Assembly: GCF_040938485.1 (NCBI RefSeq)
Contig: NW_027271939.1
Location: forward strand, 62,001-126,000
Direction: 5' to 3'
Origin: Diadema antillarum
Lineage: Eukaryota
Length of the DNA: 64,000 bases
The translations under genes and the position numbers were made by a program. Each line of letters starts with the position of its first letter. The stretch's first letter is position 1. Below, piece by piece: positions 24,881-38,075 of this stretch. A model generated the notes under the pieces. That model worked only from the letters and a program-made list of their open reading frames with translations, did no database searches and had not been told where the DNA came from.

Positions 24881-25863
24881 TGTGTGCACAGAACGGTCGT
24901 CGGGGTTCGGACAATAGACGAGGGCGGGGTCGCCCCTCAGATCGTCCTGGGGGCCGTGGAGGACCCGGCGACAGCCAGACTGAGGCGAATCTAGAGCAGC
25001 GTGGAGGCGGACGACGAGATGGTGGTCGTAGGAATGAGGGTCGTTTTCGACCAGGAGAACAGTTCTCAGACGGTCAAGGGAGACAAGGCGTAGAGGGAGG
25101 TGAAGGAGATGAGTTTGGAGGACAAGGGGACTTCAGACGGAGAGGAGGTAAACCGTTCTTTGGACAGGGAGGAAGACGAGAGGGAGGTCGACAAGGAGGA
25201 CCGGAAGGGGATATGTCACCGATGCCTTTTGGTGGTGGTAGGGGATCTGATAGAGCGAATGAAACCGATGGTGATGAAGATTTCCCTGGTCGTCATCATG
25301 GAAGGCATCACTCACGCCACCACCACCATCACCATCATCAACATCACCATGGAAGGCGTAATGAGAGTGAGGAATCAGAAGAAGGAGATAACAACGGTAC
25401 CAGTGTCTTCCATTTCAGGTTCCGTCACCATGGAAGCCGTCGACATCACCATGCAAAGTGCAACGAGAGTGAAGACTATGATGGAGAAGGAGACAACAAT
25501 GACACTCGCATCGAAAATGCACCATTTGGTAGACCATCTCGTCGTCGTCATCATCCCTGCAAACGTAATCGTACCGAAGAGGAAAACGGCATCTCAGATC
25601 GATGGGACCGTCGTGATCAATCTAGACGTGACGGTGGGCGACGTGGCGAAGGAGAAAATGGTCATCCCTTCCAACGTCCAGGCAAGGATGGTCGTCATGG
25701 TAACCATGGTGGTCGTCCATTTGGTCGTCGAGGAGGCTGGAAACCCGAAGGCGACGAGGAGGACATGTCCACTACCACTGAGCCAACAACACAGACCGGA
25801 GAGCGTGAAATTGATGAATTCGGAACTGACTTACCCGAAATCAATGAAGGGTTCATGCCATGA
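24881..25863 (+). CDS. Trf: Transformer gene D, exon 2
   Basis: Acceptor ends at 24880. Carries two more His codons than gene C; 345 aa in total. Confidence 0.92.
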
Positions 25864-26439
25864 GGAAAGTGAATCGTTGTTCTTGTTCTTGCTGTTATTG
25901 TGTGGTTTTTTTTTCAGGCAATTCTTCCCTCTCTTTTCCATCAAAATCTTATCCAAGAAAGCACGCTTGATTGGTTCTCGCATTAATACAAATCTTGTTT
26001 CACGCCGTGATTTGCGGCTTGTATTTTCACGTGCACTCACAAACAAAAAGCAAAGACAGAAATGAAATAATGTTTCCTTTCACCTTGAGTACAATGATTT
26101 TCAAATATGTCGGTGGCTGATGAATACCTGTATATTTCTAAAATGTATAATAAATGTCATCATGTATAAAGAATCACATAGAGTGTAATTGTGAGTCATT
26201 TTCTAAGACGTTTTAGTATACCCTTGACATTAAGAGTGAAATAGAAGGAGACAAGAAGATGGTGATAAAAAGTGTCATCGACAACTTACACACAATCTTG
26301 TGTGTGGGACTGAGAGATGGACCGACTACAGAACATGTTACGGCCAAATTATCAAGAGAGAGAGATGCGAAGAGTGGAGGGAGGCTTTGAAGCCACGATA
26401 TAGATAGATAAATAGATCTAAACTGATGAAGACTAAACG

Positions 26440-26470
<31 letters not shown>

Positions 26471-26925
26471 TCGGTTCTCTTTTAAGGAAAAGTTACGAAG
26501 ACGCATATATACTTTTGTAAGGGAACTTCAGTTTTCCAAGACTAGCTTATTTTCGAAATCATTTTCAAATATTGTACTTGGGAATCAATATAATGATATG
26601 GAATTCGTATTCACAAAGAAACAAATATGTACAAACAAGGAAGAAATAGCAGCTAATTTTCACTTAATAATGCTGCGTGATCATATAAATTCCTGTATGC
26701 AAAAAAAAAAAATTATGTAAAGACTTGGAACCAGTCGCATGTATGCAAAAATCTCTTACAATCACAGAATGCATACATGCAAAGAACTCATTGCAAAAAG
26801 GGATGCAATTTAGTACACTCTACAACTCTAACACACAAACACACACGTATTTGTGATACATTGAAATGGATACGTTGAAACGGGTGAATGAATATATATG
26901 CATATATATATATATGTATATATAC

Positions 26926-26961
<36 letters not shown>

Positions 26962-27999
26962 TGGCAACAGTGTAAATATATGATAATAGTATGATATACT
27001 ATACCTCCACGGTAAAGGGTAAATAAAGGACCCTTTTTTCTTAATTATTTCAGGCTTTCAAATTCCAAGCCTTCATTATTCAAATTGATTGTGACTCATT
27101 CATAGGATGTACATGGATTTATGTATATGGCTGTGACTGTTATTGTGTATGACGTGTGTAATTCAACAACCAAAGTCTGTACACTTTTGCACTGCCAGGC
27201 CTCTTTATTCAACAAAAAAAAAAAAGAGATGATTTTTGACGATTATTTCCGACTTAATTTGTTTGTTATTTTGATGACGTCATGTAATACATGTATACAG
27301 TCAGATCATTGATAGAAGAGAATGAGAAATCTTTGAATTTTTGGGTATGAAGAATTTCTAGGGGGTTGTGGATCAATCAATAAAATATTATTTCATGATT
27401 TTTAGCTGTAATTATCCTGAGCTGATACAGAGGTAGCAGTAGTAGTATTAGTATCAACATTGTCCACCACTTTCCCAGTGTTACATTAGACATAGTCTTA
27501 GTAATAATGATAAAAACCATAGTAATGATTATGATAACGATGATTACTATAGCCATCAGTTTAAAACTGTTACCAGACAGTCGTATTCAGTTATTTATTT
27601 TTGACTATTAAATTCGTTAATCCATTAATGAAAAAGAAAAAAAAAACACACACGCAAAAATCCTCGTCGCTTTTTTGCTTCCGTTTTCTTCATTCTGCAT
27701 TTTATTTCTCCATGCATACAAGTCATATTCTGCCAGTTTTTACGACATTCACTATTCTTCTTTTATCTTCTTTTTTATTATGTGCCAACCAAACTAGTTC
27801 TCTATCTAAGAATCTACGTATACTATTATGAATTATATATTGGATTATTTATTCATAACACCATAACTCTGTTCTCGGCGGGTTTTGAGAGTTGTTGGGC
27901 TGATCGTCATACCAACCTGGCTCACTTCATTGTTTCTAATTTTTTCGGCGGAACAATTTACTGGTTCTAAAGCCTGGAGCTTCTTTCACGTTCTCATGA

Positions 28000-28370
28000 T
28001 TACTGACTTTGTTTCCAGGCCCACCATCCATAGAAACTTTGAAATAATAGCTCTCTACGTTTAACTGACTTCTTTAATGGTGACCGCAGGTGGGTCCCAA
28101 CCAAGTTTCCTGTGTATCACACGACAATTGATTAGAGCGCCCTCCATTCATCGGCGCTCTCCCGCTGTCGCGCGGGCAACTTTTAACTTTTCCTTTGACA
28201 TAATCAACCAATTAGGGCGCGCGTCTACTATAAGCGGTGAAAACACCATGAAAGATCAAAGTGGTGCAGTCCTAAGAAACCTGTTGTCACGCTCGCTTAC
28301 GCCCACCGATTTCAGAGCTGTAACCCTATTGGTCGGCGGCTCATCTCTTTTAATCATCATCGACCAATTA
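28000..28370. promoter_or_regulatory. CpG-rich double-CCAAT module, copy upstream of gene E
   Basis: CCAAT at 28208-28212 and ATTGG at 28328-28332. Diverged from the C/D copies elsewhere, but both boxes and their ~120-bp spacing are kept. Confidence 0.45.
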
Positions 28371-29000
28371 TCTCAAGAGGCGTGGTGTTTTAACTTCATA
28401 AGATAATGCAACTGCAACGTATCATTACATGGTCTATTACTAATTCACACTGGGCCGCAAATCTGTTCCTCGCAGCCTCTGGTCTAATTTCTTTTCCTTC
28501 TTTTTATCTCTTTGCCCAATTCAACTTTACTATGCCAAAGTGGCTTTTGACTCTCGCAGTTACTATTCTTCATGTATCAACGATTTTCTCATTTGTCTTT
28601 ATGATGGTTTAATTTTTTACTGTTCAGATACAGATGAGAAGATGGTGAAAATTGGACACGAGATGTAACTGTCGCATGAATTAATTTCTTTTGGATGGAA
28701 CATATTCCATTACACCCCAAACTTGCAAAAATTCTGTAGTTTGAATAAGAACATGCAAAGATATCCAAAATATGGTTCAGCATTTAGAAAGTTTTTACTA
28801 TTACCACGCACTTGGATTGTGAGGTGCATAACTCACAATAATTCATAAAAGTGTATAACAAAACAAAACAAAACAAAAGGTTGAAATGACTTTCAGGAAA
28901 TATAACTCAGTTCTTCTAGAAAAAAACAACCAACAACCCCGAAACAAAAATGGCATTTTGATTTGAGGCATTTCACTTACACCGAAGCATATCAATGTGA

Positions 29001-30727
29001 AGCGGGGTTCCCACTATCGTGCGATCTACTACGAACGCCACGATTGGACATTCGTAACTGATCGTGAAAGTTTTGTTGAACTCGTCTGAAATTTCACGTT
29101 TGGATACGAGGTTATACGAGTCAATACGTGTTGGTTTGCTTGGATGCGATATGGTCACGATTGGTCTTTTTCAAGCAATACGATCTGTCACGATCTGGTC
29201 TCCCGTTCAAATACGATCTGATAGGATTGTCCCAATTGAGTCCATGATTGAACCCGATCTACCACTATCGTTACGATCGGGATCCCCGATTTGGTGCGTG
29301 CAGCTACGTTCTGATACGTTCCAATACGAATACTGCGATCTAATGCGCGTTGTTGAGAAAAGATACGATGTCTTGCACGATCGGGATCAAAATCGACCCC
29401 CATTTAAGGTGCGATTAGACCCGAATGGGAACATTATAGTCAGACTGACCATGGATTTCATTGTTTCCTCAACTTCTGCAGAGTGATTAGGCCTACTATC
29501 CACAACCATTGATGATGGCAAGGGTTGACATATTGAGGATGATGAGAACGTGACCTTTGCAGTATTGCGAATGACGATTAGGCCTACATTATTCATAGAA
29601 AGGAAACATCATCTAGGCCAGCCACAACCTCAGATAGTCCCTCCTCTAATTTAACCTAAAGAAATTAATAGATTATTGAATCGACGTGCTCATTCCCCCC
29701 CCCCAAAAAAAAAGAAGAAAAAAACACGCAAGATCAGATCATTGCCCCATCTTCTCAAGAAAAAAAAAAAGATCAAGACAAATGTTTACACCTTTCTGTG
29801 ATATACATGAAGAAAATAATTGTGTATGATGAAATTGAAGCTAGAAAAGAGGATGGGATCTTTTTGAATTCTGACATAATATGTATTATATACGCTCAAT
29901 ATGAAAAAGTTGGCCGAACTGATAGCATTGCTTGTGTGTTTGATTTCATATTCGCATTGTATGTATCATATGCACCTTTATTTCAAAATGTCGTTATCTC
30001 ATGGGGTATTGAAAGTTTGGTTGGTTTGGCTTGATTTATTGTTTTATTTCACAGTGTTTAAAAAAACCCGACATACACACAACAGAAAGGTAACTCCCCT
30101 AAAACAATGTCACTTAAAAAAAAAGTCTTACGCAAAATAATTTCGCAGGGGTATTGCTACACTTATTGACTAACTTCTATGTGGAAGATAATGACAGTGA
30201 CCTTTATAGTCATGCACGAGTGACCTGACATCCGCGACAATGGTCACTTTTCAAAAGTCACAAAAGTTACTTTTTTGTGGGGTATGTTCAACATTCAGCT
30301 TCTGACAGATGTTTCAGTGGAGTTGTTATTTTATATTTCATTGTGGCACTCCTCCCTTATTCAACCTCGCGGAATGCAAAATATATACGACTTGCGAGTA
30401 AAATAAGGGCAAATGTGCAAAATAAGCAGAAGGAAAGTGAAAAAGTCGATCCCGATCAACACGATTAAGAAGGACGATTAGATACGATTTGCTGCGTTTT
30501 GATACGATCCAAGACAATCTGATGCGATGGTCACGATCAAAAATCTATTGTGTTAATCGTAGAAAATTTTTGAACCGTTCAAAAATTTTCTACGATTAAC
30601 GCGATTGCCACGATTGACCTCAAGATCTGATACAATCTATTACGATCTGATAAGATCACCACGATTGCTTCACACTTGAGACAACGATTTCAATAGTGGC
30701 GCCAATCGTGATAGTGGGAACCCCGCT
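29001..30727 (+). mobile_element. Non-autonomous PIF/Harbinger-like DNA transposon
   Basis: TIRs AGCGGGGTTCCCACTATC / GATAGTGGGAACCCCGCT with 3-bp flanks TGA/TAA. The paralogous empty site is at ~38270-38290 (caatatga|atatgttcagtcc). Subtermini are rich in CGAT/ACGAT. Confidence 0.75.
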
Positions 30728-30874
30728 TAAATAAGTTCAGTCCTTACAAGAATTAAACACTCGGACCAGGAAAACAAAGGAAAGATCGATTATTGCTCTT
30801 ATCTTTTATAAAATCCACTATCGTCAAGTTTGTCTGCAATTATCACATGTAATTTTCCTAGCTACCTACATAGG

Positions 30875-31100
30875 AAGTCATGACCATAAACTCAAGTATG
30901 TAATCCCAACCGCGACCATATGTGTTCATATTTTCCTCCCCCCCCCCCCCCCCACCAAGCTGTTAGAACCTGGAACCATCTGCCAGAACCTGTGGTCGAG
31001 ATAACCAACACATTAACATTCAGAGAGGCTGCTCTTCTAGTCATCCGAGTGATGCAGCCTCCTGTTGGGTCACACATGCTATAAGCAAAGATGCATTTTT
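30875..31100 (+). mobile_element. 3' fragment of a CR1/L2-type LINE ORF2
   Basis: Translates to GSHDHKLKYVIP...(F)P-QAVRTWNHLPEPVV across a poly-C run, resembling the conserved CR1/L2 C-terminal 'SFFPRxxRxWNxLP'. Confidence 0.55.
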
Positions 31101-31494
31101 TTTTTCATTGCACTATGCTCAGTCACTTTTATTGTACATTAGTGACATTTGAAATCATCCTGTTCACCATGTCACCTCTCACTGATGCACGACACTTCTA
31201 CCATCCCGGGATAGTTACAAGGAGCTGCTGAAAGGGATTACATACTTCAAGGTTCAATGATTGCTGTGGCAACAGGGTTTTCATTAAAGTAGAAATGGAG
31301 ATTTAGAACTTTAGTCCACGTCATTTTTTTGAAGAAAAAACATCTACATTTTGCGTAGTACATCTGATTGTAATGTTCTTACGGTTGTTTTATAAATGGT
31401 GTATACGGAACGAATCATCTTTAATTCGCTGTGTAAGCTATTAGTTGCATTATTTTGCTTATTGCAATTAATATTGCTATTGATAAGAACTATC

Positions 31495-31701
31495 ATTATT
31501 ACTACTATTCTCTTTATCATTATCATTATCATTATCATCATTGTCATCATTATCATCATCATAATTCTTGTTACTATGTTACTACTACTACTTCTACTAC
31601 CTACTAGTACTACTACTACTACTACTACTACTACTATACTACTAATACTATTGCTACTGCTAGTGGAAGTAGCATCAGAAGTAGTAGTGTGTAGTGTAGT
31701 G

Positions 31702-31732
<31 letters not shown>

Positions 31733-31738
31733 AGTAGT
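31495..31738. repeat. Compound triplet microsatellite (ATC/ATT, ACT, GTA)
   Basis: Direct reading. Homologous tracts lie at ~15400-15560, ~21240-21420, ~27430-27550 and ~38590-38810. Confidence 0.9.
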
Positions 31739-33141
31739 AGATCGTAGGATTATTGGCAGAGCTTTCAATGTCATAACTTTCATTTTATTTTGCAAGTAGG
31801 CAAAGAGTAAAAATTATCATTCAGATTGACTATATTATTCATACCGGTAATTTGAATTTTTCGCTTGGCACAAAAATCAGTTGACTAACGATTAAGCAAA
31901 TCTTTCACTTTTAAAAAGGCACGTTCATTTCACACTTTGAAAACAACAAACAACAAAAGCAAACAAACAAACAATAGTGCAAATGCAAAAAGTTGATGAG
32001 AAAGACTAGACATCTGAAGATGTATTTCCAGGGAGTAGAAATATGAGAATAATTGTGATGAAGTCGTTGACTTTTGTGGTTGTCGTTGGTTGTACCTTGC
32101 ACATACTATCGTGTGCAGATGTGATGTCACCCACAGGACAGGAAATGACGGATCCAATCTGTTTGATGTCAGCACGAGGGTAGACCATCTCTGCTGGCAG
32201 GTATCAGGGCCAGATAATAATTAGTTTGGTTTTATTTAACGCTGTGCGGTGATTAAAGAGTTCAAGAGTTAAGAGTAAAAAGGAATAGAGAGATACAAGA
32301 TAGACAGGCAGTCACACGGACAGGAAAAAAAAAACCAGAAGGAGCAATAATTTCCCCATAATCATTTTTGTATAGCGCGCTAAAATTTCGATAGTTATTA
32401 TGGTTTGTTGCGTTTAGTCTTTTAACATAAAATCTTTACGAGAATCGGAGCTTTGGCTTTCCCTTCAGTAATCGTTTTATTCCCTGTCCAAATTCATTAC
32501 AGATGAAGTAGATGCCTGTCAAAAGATAAGTCAGTCCTCTCTAAGAACAAACATAGTAGCAAATAAGCAAAGAAACAAACAATTAATCATAGAGATTAAT
32601 CAACCGTGAATGATATGATCTTCTTCCAGCCCCCCCCCTCCCACAACCACAGTGAAATATTAATGTAAAAGCTTTTATAATCTTATTCAAGTGTAACATA
32701 TATTTCATGATGATATTATGGTCGACAGAAAAGGAAACCACAAAATTAAACATGCAAATCAAATCTAAAAAGATGACTGTTACTAAAAAAAAGACACAAC
32801 AAAAATTTGAAAAACCGAAACGTAACATTGGTATAAATAACAAATTAAAGAGAGCATTTAGTTATTGTCATTACGTTTTCCTTGAACAAGTGTAAAATTG
32901 AAATTTACGTAACTTTTTTTTCTTCTCAATTTCATGAAACTTTCTCTCTTCTTTTGGCTCGATTCTACTTATTTTGATGAAGTCATCTGATGACAATGGA
33001 GTGGAATGCATTCCATACTTTAGGTTTGCCCATTTTCAATCCATTGAACATAATGGATGCCCGTATATGTCAAGTGTGTTATTTTGTTTTGTTTTGTTAC
33101 GCCCTGCTCATTATCCCCGATTCGCTGAACAATGTATCAAT

Positions 33142-33266
33142 CGCTGCCTCACACAGCCGGATATGCTGTGGAATAGAACAGGAAAGACATCTCATTGGAG
33201 TAACACCGGTGATTTGGTACTACCAGGAACCGATTGGGACGCTTTTCAGCCCAAAATGTATAAAAG
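33142..33266 (+). promoter_or_regulatory. Trf E proximal promoter
   Basis: CGCTGCCTCACACAGCCGGATATG, GGTACTACCAGGAACC and TATAAAAG (33259-33266). Confidence 0.6.
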
Positions 33267-33376
33267 TCGACCAAATTGTCTGTATTCCTCAGATTTCTCG
33301 GGTTCGTGCTTTCACGAAAGAAAACTCCAAAGCAACGACTATAAAGAAAACTTGTCAAGAGAGAGATTTTATCACC

Positions 33377-33431
33377 ATGGGTTGGAAATCAACTTTGCTC
33401 ATTCTCTTTCTCGCTGCACTTGCTGTCGCAG
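33377..33431 (+). CDS. Trf: Transformer gene E, exon 1 (MGWKSTLLILFLAALAVA)
   Basis: 55-nt leader with donor GTAAGA at 33432. Confidence 0.9.
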
Positions 33432-33946
33432 GTAAGAATGATATCTTTATTTTACATCAGTCCCTTCTTTTTTCATATTATATATTCTCTTTTGCATATT
33501 CAAAGATTATAATAAGAAAGCTTAGATGATATTTCAATATGGAAAGATCACGTGAGAAGGTAAAGATTACGCGACACTGAAATTCAAAACTAATAATCAG
33601 AATGGTGTATGTTTGATTCTCCGCGATTAATCACATCAGTGATGAAGAACTGCCTAGCACAAAAAAGGACTTTATTTCAAAGTTAACTATGTTGAAACTT
33701 TATATGGCAATGGAGTTTACCACTATAACCCGTATCTCCTCACGCTGGATATTGAAGTTGATTTGAAAACAAGTTGTGTCTATGTTTCTACAGGTGAAAC
33801 ACTTCTGTTTTCAATACCTTTTTCTTTAGCAATATTTGTCCTAATATCATAGTGATACTCAGACAATGATGCTATAAATATCATAACGATGACAAACATG
33901 GATTTTATTTATGATAAACACCTGTCTTTAAATGCTTCTTTCACAG

Positions 33947-34923
33947 TGTGCGCACAGAACGGTCGTCGGGATCCAGACAATAGACGAGGGCGGGGTCGCC
34001 CCTCTGACCGTCCTGGTGGCCGTGGAGGACCCGGTGACAGCCAGATTGAGGTTAATCTAGAGCAGCGTGGAGGCGGACGACGAGATGGTGGTCGTAGGAA
34101 TGAGGGACGTTCTCGACCAGGAGAACAGTTCTCAAACGGCCAAGGGAGACAAGGCGTAGAGGGAGGTGAAGGAAATGAGTTTGGAGGACAAGCGGGCTTC
34201 AGACGGAGAGGTGGTAAACCGTTCTTTGGACAGGGAGGAAGACGAGAGGGAGGTCGACAAGGAGGACCGGAAGGGGATATGTCACCGATGCCTTTTGGTG
34301 GTGGTAGGAGATCTGATAGAGTCAATGAAACTGATGGTGACGAAAGTTACCCTGGTCGTCACCACGGAAGGCATCACTCACACCACCGTCACCATCATCA
34401 ACATCACCATGGAAGGCGTAATGAGAGTGAGGAATCTGAAGAAGGAGAAAACAACGGTACCAGTATCTTCCCATTCAGGTTCGGTCGCCATGGAAACCGC
34501 CATCATCACCATACAAAGTGTAATGAGAGCGAAGACTATGATGGGGAAGGAGACAACAATGACACTAGCATCGAGAATGCACCATTTGGTAGACCATCTC
34601 GTCGTCGTCATCATCCATGCAAACGTAATCGTACTGAGGAGGAAAACGGCATCTCAGATCGATGGGACCGTCGTGATCAATCTGGACATGATGGTGGGCG
34701 ACGTGGCGAAGGAGAAAATGGTCATCCCTTCCAACGTCCAGGCAAGGATGGTCGTCATGGTAACCATGGTGGTCGTCCATTTGGTCGTCGAGGAGGCTGG
34801 AAACCCGAAGGCGACGAGGAGGACATGTCCACTACCATTGAGCCAACAACACAGCCCGGAGAGCGTGAAATTGATGAATTCGGAACTGACCTACCCGAAA
34901 TCAATGAAGGGTTCATGCCATGA
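33947..34923 (+). CDS. Trf: Transformer gene E, exon 2
   Basis: Acceptor ttctttcacag ends at 33946; 343 aa in total. Confidence 0.92.
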
Positions 34924-35490
34924 AGAATTTGTAACGGTTTTTTTTTTCTTGCTGTAATTTTTTTCATGTAAATCTTCCCACTCTTTTCCATCAAAATCGT
35001 ATCCAAGAAAGCACGCTTGATTGGCTCTCACATTTATACAAATCTTGTTTCACGCTGTGATTTGCGGCTTGCATTTTCACGTACACTCACAAACAAAAAG
35101 CAAAGACAGAAATGAAATAATGTTTCTTTTCACCTTGAGTACAATGATTTTTCAAATATCTCGGTAGTTGATGAATACCTGTATATTTGTAAAATGTATA
35201 TTAAATGTCATCATGTATAGAGAATCACATAGAGTGTAAATGCGAATCAGTTTCTAAGACGTTTTATTATACCCTTGACATTAAGAGTGAAATAGAAGGA
35301 GACAGGAAGATGATGATAAAAAGTGTCATCGACAACTTGCATACAATCTTGTGTGTGGGAGGGAGAGAGGGACTGACTACAGGAGATGTTACGACCAAAT
35401 TAACAAGAGAAAGAGATGGGAAAAGTTGAGGGAGGCATTAAGCCACGATATAGATAGATTAATAGATCTAAACTGATGAAGATTAAACAT

Positions 35491-35530
<40 letters not shown>

Positions 35531-35895
35531 ATGTATGTTTGGTTCCTTTTGTAAAGGAAAAGTCACGAAGACGTATGTACTTTTGTAAGGGAACTTCAGT
35601 TTTGTAAGACAAGCTTATTTTCGAAATTATTTTCAAATATTGTACGTTGGAATCAAGACATGGTTAAAATGTACTTGTTACAAATAACAAATGACAGATG
35701 ACAATGGATATCTTAGCATGCTCTCAAAATGATACACCCAAACATAAATACCACATACATAATCATACATTTCGGAAAAGAAATCATTGCAAAAAGAGAT
35801 GCAATACAGTAACACTCTACAACTCTAGCACTCAAACACACACGTATTCATACAATGAAATGGATGAATAAATATGATATATGCGTGTGTGCAAG

Positions 35896-35928
<33 letters not shown>

Positions 35929-36404
35929 GGCAACATTGTAACTATATAATAATTATATGATATACTATAATTCCTCGGTAAAGGGTGAATGAAGGACTTT
36001 TTTTTCTTAATTTATTCCGGTTTTTCACATTTCAAGCCTTCATCATTAAAATTGATTGTGGCTCACTTGTAAAGTGTATATGGATTTATGTATGGCTGTG
36101 ACTGGTATTGTGTATGACGTTTGTAATTCAACAGCCAAAATCCGTACACATTTGCACTGCCCAGCCTCGTTACTCAACAAGAAAGAAAGAATTATTTTTA
36201 GACGGTTATTTTCGACTTTGTTTGTAATTTTAATGATGTCATGTAATACATGTATACAGTCAGATTATTAACAGAAGAGAATGAGAATTGTTGGGTATTT
36301 AAAATTTCTTGGGGACCTTGGATCAATGAATAAAACAAGATTTCATGACTTTTTTTTCTAATTTTTCGGCGGAACAACTGGTTCTAAAGCCTGGAGCTTC
36401 TTTA

Positions 36405-36630
36405 ATAATAATAATAATAGTGGCTACTTGTATAGCGCACAGGTCCACTTTTCAGTGCTCATGGCGCTTCAAAAAATGAAAAGATATCATATATTTACAT
36501 GCATAATATATTCAGACATTTCAACAAATAAGAAAATGGTAAACAAAAGCAAATATATACCAAATAAAGAATACAACATATACCATTAAAAATACAATAT
36601 TGATCCAATATTAACGACATACAGCAAAAC
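36405..36630 (-). mobile_element. Short retroposon 3' tail insertion (L2-like end with (TTA)n tail)
   Basis: Minus strand reads aagcgccatgagcac...gcgctatacaagtagccactattattattattatta. Absent from the paralogous site at ~27975-27995 (ggagcttctttcacgttctc). Confidence 0.55.
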
Positions 36631-36649
36631 GTTCACGTTCTCATGATTA

Positions 36650-37020
36650 CCGGCTTTGTTTCCAGGCCCTACATCCCTCGAAACTTGGAACAATAGCTCT
36701 CTCCGTACCCGACTTCTTTAATGGTGACCGCAGGTGGGCGCCATTCAAGTTTCCTTGTTATCACACTACAATTGATTAGAGCACCCTCCATTCATCGGCG
36801 CTCTCCCGCTTTCGCGCGGGCAACTTTTAACTTTTCCTTTGACATAATCAACCAATTAGGGCGCGCGTCTACTATAAGCTGTGAAAACACCATGAAATAT
36901 CAAAGTGGTGCAGTCCTAAGAAACCTGTTGTCATGCTCGCTTACGCCCACTGATTTCAGAGCTGTAACCCTATTTGTCGGCGGCTCACCTCTTTTAATCA
37001 TCATCGACCAATTATCTCCA
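36650..37020. promoter_or_regulatory. CpG-rich CCAAT module upstream of gene F (second box mutated)
   Basis: CCAAT at 36852-36856 is intact; the inverted box reads ATTTG (36972-36976) instead of ATTGG. Confidence 0.4.
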
Positions 37021-37417
37021 ATTATTAGAGGCGTGGTGTTTTAACTTCGTATGATAATGTAACCACAATAGATCATTACATGGTCTATTACTAATTCACG
37101 CTGGGCTGAAAATCTGTTCCTGGCAGGACTGGTCCTCCTTTCTTTTCCTTCTTATTATCTCCTTTTCCAATTCAATTTTACTATATCTAGGTGGATATTG
37201 ACTCTCGCAGTTAGTCTTCTTCTTCGTATCACCCATTTTCTCACTTATCTTTATTTCGGTTTAATTCGTTACTGTTCCGATATAGAAGATGAAAACTGAA
37301 CACCAGATGTAACTGTTGCATGAATTAATTTCTTTGGATGGAGCATATTCCATTATACCACGAAATGGCAAAATGTCTGTAGTCTGAATAAATCCATGCA
37401 AAGATACACAAAAGCAG

Positions 37418-37765
37418 AATAGAATTTTTCTCTTCAATGCTTAATATTTATGTTTAAACGTCGATCTCTTCAATATACATTTTTGTCTGATGTGTTTGTG
37501 GAAAATTCTTTCATCCGTCGTTATAATACTCGCCAGAGTAACCTCATCCATCAGCCATATGCAAGAACACAAACTACCTTAAATTCATTTAGAATAGTCT
37601 GTGTTAAAAAGTTTATAAGTTGCCCCGTAATATAATTCATTCCACTACACTGTCTCGATTCAAAATTTTGTGTAAAAGACATCTTTTCGACAGATTGAAA
37701 TTAGGTACATGAATGTAGAAAATGAGATGAGGTAGCCATGTGTGAAGTGTGCACGCATGTGTGTA

Positions 37766-37800
<35 letters not shown>

Positions 37801-38075
37801 CTGTGTGTGTGTGTTGTGTATGGGGGAAGTGGTATACGTGTACTTGTCTGCATTTATTATGTTGTATAATTTGTACATATGTTATACTCCATGTAAATAT
37901 GTTACACCTTGCCATATGCATACTGTACTGTAGTGCATTGTGTAAAGGGGCCCCGACCACAAGCTGTGCTTCACTGGGGTCCCAAACCTATCATTCTGAA
38001 TTTTTGCAGTTATGTCTTGTACTTTTGTTATGTTTGATTTGGTTTGAATAAACTGAAACTGAAACTGAAACTGAA
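37418..38075 (+). mobile_element. 3' fragment of an L2-clade LINE
   Basis: Translates to RYNTRQSNLIHQPYARTQ...SFRIVCVK, typical of the L2/Crack ORF2 end. AATAAA (38047-38052) is followed by an (ACTGAA)n tail. Absent from the paralogous E unit. Confidence 0.6.

Larger units (their letters stand above)
20591..26480. repeat. Segmental duplication type I, copy 2 (contains gene D)
   Basis: Tandem partner of 14755-20590. Confidence 0.85.
25900..34923. repeat. Segmental duplication type II, copy 1 (D 3' flank to gene E)
   Basis: Aligns block by block with 34960-49790 once unit-specific TE insertions are removed. Boundaries are approximate. Confidence 0.7.

Noticed and set aside
29064-29486. 140-aa ORF (and 60928-61116) inside the CGAT-rich element
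   Set aside because: No transposase or other motif; lengths differ between the two copies, so it is a compositional ORF in a non-autonomous TE.
31344-31737. Hydrophobic Ile/Leu/Val/Thr-rich ORFs (also 15358-15658, 21188-21425, 38567-38830)
   Set aside because: Translations of triplet microsatellites.
32990-33529. 179-aa ORF reading through the gene E leader (similar ORFs at 18187 and 24146)
   Set aside because: Crosses the promoter, TATA and intron and is not conserved in frame among paralogs; a chance extension.
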